Part shown: in pieces, positions 50,433-55,794 of the stretch
Position numbering within the stretch: the stretch's first letter is position 1
Layout: each line of letters begins with the position of its first letter
Source of the DNA: a virus
Virus record (IMG/VR): IMGVR_UViG_3300045988_069429
DNA: 55,794 bases
Direction: 5' to 3' (one strand)
Translations under genes and position numbers: made by a program
Notes under the pieces: generated by a model
The model's database searches: none
Seen by the model: only the letters and a program-made list of their open reading frames with translations
What the model was told of the DNA's origin: nothing

Positions 50433-52367
50433 TTATCCCTCCACAATTTCTAATTTCTCACTATCATTAACAATCAGCATAATTAACTGACTATCCACCA
50501 TTTCAGCAACTTTCTTCTGATTTTCTTCATCTAAGCTCTCAGAATCGTCTAAGATAATAGGTGCTGATATGCCACTAATCTTCTGAATTGAATTGCAAAT
50601 ATCAACTCTGCCTAAAATCCTGTTACCCTTGTTAGACATAGTTGTTAAAATGCTTTTTCCGTCAACAGTAGGTATGCAACAACTCTTATAATTGCCGTTC
50701 TTAGCATATTCAAATAACTGCCACTTAGCCAAACCAAAATGACTGTTTACCGCTTCTGTCAAGGCTTCATTCTTTGCTTTGTCAAGTTCATCAAGTAAAT
50801 CAAGGATTTTCTCGGCATTAGTCTTATTCTGTTCAGAATCAATCCTTGTCTGCTTTAATTCTTCAAGTCGCTGTTCATCTGCTGCCGTATCAGACTTTGC
50901 AATCTGACTTTCGCATTCTGCTAACTGCTGCCTTAAAGCTGTTTCCTGTGCTTTTAATTCTGCCTTGATTGCTGAAATATCATTAGCTTTGTGCATAGCC
51001 TGTTCCTTTTCAGCAATCTGCTGTTCGAGTGCCTTGTATTCTTCTGTGGCTGATGCATCAATTTCCTGCGGAAGTTCTGATAACTGCTTTTCAAGGTCTG
51101 CTAAATCAACTAAATGCTTTTCTAACTTCTGCTTTCTGTCAGCCAATTCCTGTTCAGCTTCAACTAACAATCCTTTGATTTCATCAAGCATTTTCTTAGC
51201 TGTGTTGCCCTTATCGGTAATTCTGCTAAGTTCAGTTTCTTTATGTGCCTTAAAATCTGCCTTTAGTTTCTCTTTCTTTTCCTCTGGGTATTCCTGTTTA
51301 CAATAAGGGCAAATAAGATTATTCTCGTCAAATACACGCTCTTTTTCAGCTTTCCATTCGGTTCTGCTATCATCAAGTGTTTTCTGATATTCAGCTATCT
51401 TGTCCTTACCAAAACTAACAACATCTTCTGCGTTGCTGATTGACTTCTTGCTATCCTCAATCACATAATTAAGGTTACTAATCTGTGATTCAAGTTTTCT
51501 CCTAGCCTTAACATTTTCTTCATTAGCTTTGCGTGACATATCGCCAAGCTCAAATTTGAGATTAAGAATATCCGAACTAGCCTTGTCATATTCAGCTATC
51601 AGCTTGTCATTGTCGGTCTGCTTTGCCACACAATCAGCAATCTGTTCTTTAATGCTGTTCTTCTGCAATTCAAGGTCTGATACTTCAATAGCCTGTTTAA
51701 GCTGTATATCTCTTTCCTTTTCCTTAATCTGTCCATCAAGAATAGGTAAATCCTTTGTAATCTTGGTCTTTGTAGCTTTATTCATAGCGGATAATTCTTC
51801 AACTGTATACTTATTAAGTAAAGGAACTAACTCGGCTAATTCAGCTTTCTGTGAAGCTATATCAAGGTCTGTAACATCTCCTACAAGACCGAATAGGTAT
51901 TCTCTCATTTCTGCCGGCTTCTGATTAAGAAAAGCATTTACATTACTGCACATCTTGAATACATTCATATCCACATCAAGATATGCGTTGAAATCCTTTA
52001 ATGTCTTAGGCACATCATTGACAAAATACTTGTTATCGTCCTTGTAGCTGCTACCATCTTTGCTGTAGGTTCTTTTCTGCACCTTCTTCATAGTTATTTC
52101 TTTTCCGTCAACATCAAGTGTAAGTTCAACACTTGTGTCCATATCATCAACGGACTTTCCGTCAACCTCTCGTCTAACAACCGGATTATCCTTTAACTCA
52201 TAATCACAGTTGAACAAGCACCACATATAAGCGGTTGCAATAGTTGACTTACCTTTGCCATTCTTAGCCATAATCTTTGTAATAGCATAAAAATCAAATT
52301 CTGCGTGTGCATAGCACATAAAGTTTTCAAGAGCTACCTTTTTTAAAACTGTTCTTTCCATAAACAT
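50433..52367 (-). CDS. SbcC/SMC-like AAA ATPase with a long coiled coil
   Basis: Walker A AKNGKGKST, a central coiled coil of about 350 aa containing a CPYC hook-like motif, and a C-terminal ILDDSESLD Walker B-like segment. Confidence 0.7.
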   Translation of the reverse strand: MFMERTVLKKVALENFMCYAHAEFDFYAITKIMAKNGKGKSTIATAYMWCLFNCDYELKDNPVVRREVDGKSVDDMDTSVELTLDVDGKEITMKKVQKRTYSKDGSSYKDDNKYFVNDVPKTLKDFNAYLDVDMNVFKMCSNVNAFLNQKPAEMREYLFGLVGDVTDLDIASQKAELAELVPLLNKYTVEELSAMNKATKTKITKDLPILDGQIKEKERDIQLKQAIEVSDLELQKNSIKEQIADCVAKQTDNDKLIAEYDKASSDILNLKFELGDMSRKANEENVKARRKLESQISNLNYVIEDSKKSISNAEDVVSFGKDKIAEYQKTLDDSRTEWKAEKERVFDENNLICPYCKQEYPEEKKEKLKADFKAHKETELSRITDKGNTAKKMLDEIKGLLVEAEQELADRKQKLEKHLVDLADLEKQLSELPQEIDASATEEYKALEQQIAEKEQAMHKANDISAIKAELKAQETALRQQLAECESQIAKSDTAADEQRLEELKQTRIDSEQNKTNAEKILDLLDELDKAKNEALTEAVNSHFGLAKWQLFEYAKNGNYKSCCIPTVDGKSILTTMSNKGNRILGRVDICNSIQKISGISAPIILDDSESLDEENQKKVAEMVDSQLIMLIVNDSEKLEIVEG

Positions 52368-52380
52368 ATCCTTTCCTTAT

Positions 52381-52572
52381 TTATATATTCATAATAAATA
52401 CACCATCTTCAACCTGAAAGCTATCAACCACGATATTTATGTATGTACAATTTTTAGCTTCATTAAACGAACCATCAAAGATTGTTCCGTATCGTGGTGA
52501 CCATATCTGACACATCGCATCTTCATCAAGCGCCATACTTGCTAACTCTCTAACCGTAATATCACTGCACAT
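52381..52572 (-). CDS. Hypothetical small protein
   Basis: Start moved to ATG 52572 (MCSDITV...) after GAGGG, overlapping the upstream stop. Confidence 0.45.
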   Translation of the reverse strand: MCSDITVRELASMALDEDAMCQIWSPRYGTIFDGSFNEAKNCTYINIVVDSFQVEDGVFIMNI

Positions 52573-53203
52573 TAGCTTCGCCCTCATCTGCATAATCAAT
52601 CTTGCTTACCGATACTTCATAAGCAGTTCTTGTTTCAACTTCATTGTCACTTATCTTCTTAGCGTATTCCCTGCTCTGGAATCTTCCCTGAATCTGAATA
52701 TGTTCCCCAGCTTCAAGTCTACCTGCAAATCTCGCATTTCTTCCCCATACGATACAAGGTATGTAATCTGACTTACCATAGGCTCTATTGACAGCCATCA
52801 TAATGTCACATACCTCTCTGCCTTGCGGTGTTGTTCTATATGTAGGTGCTTTGCATAAATGCCCCACGATTTCAATTGAATTGTTCGTATCCAGTGGAAT
52901 TTCAACATCCTCTAATATATCAATCTCCCTAGCGAATATGCTAAGTATCAGATGGCTATGTGTGCCATCTATGTGTTGATTGTATGACCTAATCTGTCCG
53001 TTAATTACTACAGTTCTGTCTACATCTAGTCTGTTAATGTCAACAAGTCTTTCAGATACAACGACCGGAAGCGTATCTACATTGCCGCTTTTTCTTGGAG
53101 CTTCTATGTGAAAAATATAAAATCCCTCACCATAAACCTCGTGTGAAAATACTGGTTTCTTAGCAATCTTACCTATCATATAGGCTTTATTATTTGTTAT
53201 CAT
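52562..53203 (-). CDS. Second SSB-like protein with two tandem OB-fold-like halves
   Basis: Two internally similar halves (IGKIAKKPVFSHEVYGEGFY...VINGQIRSY and IVGHLCKAPTYRTTPQGREV...HIQIQGRFQSREY), with an acidic C-terminus ADEGEA. Confidence 0.5.
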   Translation of the reverse strand: MITNNKAYMIGKIAKKPVFSHEVYGEGFYIFHIEAPRKSGNVDTLPVVVSERLVDINRLDVDRTVVINGQIRSYNQHIDGTHSHLILSIFAREIDILEDVEIPLDTNNSIEIVGHLCKAPTYRTTPQGREVCDIMMAVNRAYGKSDYIPCIVWGRNARFAGRLEAGEHIQIQGRFQSREYAKKISDNEVETRTAYEVSVSKIDYADEGEANVQ

Positions 53204-53328
53204 TCCTTTTCTCCTCTCTTAACGAATCCTACGACTTTGCCGCCGTCTATAACTGTCACCATATCTTTCTTCTCGTACATATCAATGCAATCCTGTACTG
53301 TTATTACTTTCTCGTTTACCTGTTTCAT
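53200..53328 (-). CDS. Small hypothetical protein (42 aa)
   Basis: Hand translation: MKQVNEKVITVQDCIDMYEKKDMVTVIDGGKVVGFVKRGEKE. ATGA overlap with the next gene. Confidence 0.4.
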   Translation of the reverse strand: MKQVNEKVITVQDCIDMYEKKDMVTVIDGGKVVGFVKRGEKE

Positions 53329-53430
53329 ATTGTTCAATCCTTTCTTTTCTCTTTGCCCTTGCCATTGTCAGAACGATACAAGCCAGTTCTAAAAACATCC
53401 CGAATATCGTTCCTAGCATAAATCCCTGTA

Positions 53431-53712
53431 TCATAGCTTATATCTCTCTTTCATTATTGTAGGCAGTTCGTAGCAGTCGATATAATCGTGAGTGTCTGCT
53501 ATGTACTTCTTTTTCAGTTCACTCAAACCACACCCGTATTCGTGCTTTAACTGCCCTAAAATATCTTTTACAACTACTCTTCTTAAGAGTTCACAATGTT
53601 TATTTCTTCCTAAGAGGTAACTTGCTCTTCTGCCAATGTGTGCCAGGATTTCAAGTTTTTCCACCTCATTAATCTGCTCTCTTTCACCTTTTTCAGAAAT
53701 AATAAATATCAA
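53431..53712 (-). CDS. ORF6C-domain-like protein
   Basis: KHEYGCGLSELKKKYIADTHDYIDCYELP parallels the C-terminus of the antirepressor (KREFGCVTTYKSIRRKYIDNVHKFIDDYALP). Confidence 0.5.
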   Translation of the reverse strand: MIFIISEKGEREQINEVEKLEILAHIGRRASYLLGRNKHCELLRRVVVKDILGQLKHEYGCGLSELKKKYIADTHDYIDCYELPTIMKERYKL

Positions 53713-53729
53713 TCTGCTAAAACTCCTTT

Positions 53730-53921
53730 CTAATTAATAAGCTGAAATATCATTGACACAATAAATAATATTGCTGATAACGTCCATAAGTATTCAGCTA
53801 TCTTACTGTCTCTCTTAGCTTTCTTGTATGCCGCAATAGAGACTTCTAACTTGTTTCTTTCTGCTATCAGTTCCTCTACTGATATGCTATACTGTGGTGT
53901 TGCCTGTACTTCCTTTTCCAT
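53730..53921 (-). CDS. Small C-terminally anchored membrane protein
   Basis: C-terminal TM segment WTLSAILFIVSMIFQLI. Confidence 0.5.
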   Translation of the reverse strand: MEKEVQATPQYSISVEELIAERNKLEVSIAAYKKAKRDSKIAEYLWTLSAILFIVSMIFQLIN

Positions 53922-53946
53922 AAGCTTCTCCTTATTTTAAAAATTG

Positions 53947-53955
53947 TGATATAAT
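53947..53955 (+). promoter_or_regulatory. Extended -10 promoter (TGATATAAT)
   Basis: tga-tataat at 53947-53955, 33 nt upstream of ATG 53988. Confidence 0.45.
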
Positions 53956-53987
53956 CCTCTTATCTTTTTATAGGAAAGAGGTGAAAT

Positions 53988-54179
53988 ATGACTGCTGAAA
54001 AATATATATCAGCTTATGCTACCGCTAAAATTTGTGGTTATAATGGCTCATATGATGATTTTAGAAAACTGTACGACCAATACTATTCAGAAATCATCAG
54101 TTCAGTGCCTGCTGAAGAACTGCAATTAGCAAAAGCTGAAGCGACTAACAATCCGTTCCGTAACCTGAAGCACTTCTAA
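53988..54179 (+). CDS. Hypothetical small protein (the only plus-strand gene in the early region)
   Basis: RBS AAAGAGG. The 3' end overlaps the convergent 54145-54402. Confidence 0.5.
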   Translation: MTAEKYISAYATAKICGYNGSYDDFRKLYDQYYSEIISSVPAEELQLAKAEATNNPFRNLKHF

Positions 54180-54402
54180 ATGCTTCGATTACTGGGGAAA
54201 TGGCGGTAAGTACTTTGATTGATAGCTCAATGTCAGTTTCTTCAAGGTGCTTATCGCCGCTTTTAATATTTCTGTAATCATCCACAATATCCATAGCGAT
54301 ATGCTGTGCAAATTCATCAATGCTTATAAAACGAGAAGCTTCTTTCTCGGCAATTACGCTTTTTCCGTTTTTGCCTGTTATTGTGTATCTTTGCCTTTCC
54401 AA
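54145..54402 (-). CDS. Hypothetical protein
   Basis: ORF in the early operon. Confidence 0.5.
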   Translation of the reverse strand: MERQRYTITGKNGKSVIAEKEASRFISIDEFAQHIAMDIVDDYRNIKSGDKHLEETDIELSIKVLTAISPVIEAFRSASGYGTDC

Positions 54403-54416
54403 CTCTTACTCCTTTC

Positions 54417-55136
54417 TTAAAAACTCATACTTATCTGTGCATTAGCTTCTTTTACCTGTTCAGCAAGTGCCATAGGCAACGCATAATCATCTATAAACTT
54501 GTGTACATTATCAATGTACTTTCTTCTTATGCTCTTATATGTTGTTACGCAACCAAACTCTCGTTTTAACTGCTTATATATGTCAGAATATACTGAACTG
54601 CGAATACTGCCGTTCTTATAAGCTTCACTATCCTTGCCACCAAGTACAATTACACCTTTTCTATTAACGTGCTGTTTGACCTCATCAATCTCACAGCCGT
54701 AAAGAGGTGTGTTATCCTTAAGCTCTGTCATATCTTCTTTGATAGAGTTAACAGCCTGTTCAAGTTCTGTATAACCCTGTGCTAAAAGCTGTATCTGACC
54801 GCCTGTTGTCTTTGGCATACCATAACTGCCCGTCTTTCTGATTGACGGAAGCACCTCATCCATTACCCAACTTTCAAATTTCTCTGCACTAGGTAATTTT
54901 GATTTCATAATAAGTCGGTATAAATCACCCTCATTTATGTATGACATCTGCTGAACACCACTAGATGTAGGGGTGTCACGTTTCGTTACCCCCTTACAAT
55001 GGTCGTTCACAGCCTTTCGTGGATTTATATATCCAAGTGCGGTTGCCACATCTGTTGCTACGAAATATGGTTTTCCGTCAATTTCTGTCATTCGGACTTC
55101 TCCAAACTCTTCATTATTAAAAATCTGTAATTCCAT
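54417..55136 (-). CDS. Antirepressor (Bro-N domain plus ORF6C-like C-terminal domain)
   Basis: Start at ATG 55136 after AAAGGAG. LQIFNNEEFGEVRMTEIDGKPYFVATDVATALGYINPRKAVNDHC is Bro-N. Confidence 0.8.
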   Translation of the reverse strand: MELQIFNNEEFGEVRMTEIDGKPYFVATDVATALGYINPRKAVNDHCKGVTKRDTPTSSGVQQMSYINEGDLYRLIMKSKLPSAEKFESWVMDEVLPSIRKTGSYGMPKTTGGQIQLLAQGYTELEQAVNSIKEDMTELKDNTPLYGCEIDEVKQHVNRKGVIVLGGKDSEAYKNGSIRSSVYSDIYKQLKREFGCVTTYKSIRRKYIDNVHKFIDDYALPMALAEQVKEANAQISMSF

Positions 55137-55151
55137 AAACACGCTCCTTTC

Positions 55152-55421
55152 TTAAAACGCTGACTTGCCAACTTCCATTGAATAGTCACGCTTTTCTTTT
55201 TCACAAGGAATATGTGAAGAAGCACTAACGATAATCTTCATATAATCTAAAAATCCTTGAGCTTCCGAAGCAGATAAGCCATATTGTGCAATTAATTCTC
55301 TTACAGAGCCAGTTAATTCGCCTATATCCTTATAGTTTTGTAAGCGCTTTACATAAAACATACAGCCTTCTGTTGTTTTTATAAGTTCCTCTTTTATGGC
55401 ATTTTCAATAAAATCTCTCAT
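55152..55421 (-). CDS. Hypothetical early protein
   Basis: ORF in the early operon. Confidence 0.5.
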   Translation of the reverse strand: MRDFIENAIKEELIKTTEGCMFYVKRLQNYKDIGELTGSVRELIAQYGLSASEAQGFLDYMKIIVSASSHIPCEKEKRDYSMEVGKSAF

Positions 55422-55441
55422 CTTTGCTCCTTTCTTAGCAA

Positions 55442-55546
55442 TTAAAATAGTAAGTCAATTATCGTAAGTGAAATATTCAATATTGCAATAACAACAGCGA
55501 TTATTGATGTTATTAATGCTATGTCACAAAGTTTTAATTTCTTCAT
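55442..55546 (-). CDS. 34-aa hydrophobic peptide
   Basis: RBS AAGAGG. Hand translation: MKKLKLCDIALITSIIAVVIAILNISLTIIDLLF. Confidence 0.4.
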   Translation of the reverse strand: MKKLKLCDIALITSIIAVVIAILNISLTIIDLLF

Positions 55547-55556
55547 TGATACCTCT

Positions 55557-55745
55557 TTACTTAATCCATTTTTCAACTGGGATTTTTGTTGCTTCTGCAA
55601 TTTTTTGTACTGTGGTTAACGCCGGTAAAGAATTATTATCTTTCCACCTGCCTACAACTCCATTACCAAGACCACATTTTTTTTCAAATGCGTGTATTGA
55701 CAAATTGTTTTCTTCGCAATAAGCGACAACATTTTGATAAAACAT
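55557..55745 (-). CDS. Cro-like XRE HTH protein
   Basis: VVAYCEENNLSIHAFEKKCGLGNGVVGRWKDNNSLPALTTVQKIAEATKI. First gene of the leftward early operon. Confidence 0.75.
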   Translation of the reverse strand: MFYQNVVAYCEENNLSIHAFEKKCGLGNGVVGRWKDNNSLPALTTVQKIAEATKIPVEKWIK

Positions 55746-55794
55746 AGACTTCTCCTTTCTTTATTTAATAAAGATTTAGAGAAAAGCTTGACAA
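55676..55794. repeat. Terminal direct repeat copy 2 (identical to 1-119)
   Basis: Direct comparison of both ends. Confidence 0.95.

Noticed and set aside
53282-53419. 45-aa hydrophobic ORF (MLGTIFGMFLELACIVLTMARAKRKE...)
   Set aside because: It overlaps the better-supported small ORF 53200-53328 by 47 nt. It has only a poorly spaced AGGGA upstream, so it is left uncalled.
1-55794. Diversity-generating retroelement, retron, or stop-codon recoding
   Set aside because: No reverse-transcriptase-like ORF is present. There are no template/variable repeat pairs beyond in-gene tandem repeats. Long ORFs (up to 1127 aa) are intact under the standard code, and none of the cleanly folding tRNAs has a suppressor anticodon.

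Overview
The window looks like a complete, AT-rich genome of a temperate siphovirus from a low-GC Firmicute, probably a Clostridia-type host. Nt 1-119 are identical to nt 55676-55794, so the contig closes into a circle of about 55,675 bp or is terminally redundant. Almost all genes are on the minus strand.

Gene order around the circle:
- **Switch:** a Cro-like HTH gene (55557-55745, -) and a CI-like XRE repressor (292-633, +). Their near-consensus promoters face each other.
- **Early genes (55.4 to 39.7 kb):** Bro-N antirepressor, two SSB types, SbcC-like ATPase, RecT, MBL-fold hydrolase, YopX, GIY-YIG nuclease, two DNA methyltransferases, replisome organizer, G39P-like helicase loader.
- **Integration:** a large serine integrase (38151-39512).
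- **Accessory region (37.9 to 23 kb):** an HNH homing endonuclease, spore-surface-like proteins, a solitary cas5-like gene, a plus-strand cassette under its own HTH regulator, TerS, MazG, and a tRNA array (Gln, Tyr, Ser, plus two tRNA-like remnants and a structured spacer).
- **Packaging and structure (23 to 1.2 kb):** TerL, portal, scaffold, capsid, a holin pair, tail genes, tape measure, tail fibre, GH25 endolysin.

Most notable observations:
1. An orphan type I-B-like cas5 gene bracketed by intrinsic terminators. It sits beside a 680-nt ORF-poor region that carries promoters and degenerate repeats ending in ATTGAAAT.
2. A 340-nt highly structured ORF-less insertion that splits the tape measure gene exactly in frame, with U|...G| boundaries. 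This fits a group I intron.
3. A C5-methyltransferase-like gene broken only by a G8 homopolymer.
4. A tRNA array containing a 363-nt structured spacer.
5. A 16-nt inverted repeat in the 5' and 3' flanks of the integrase gene.

All functional calls come from motif recognition by eye. No database search was run.
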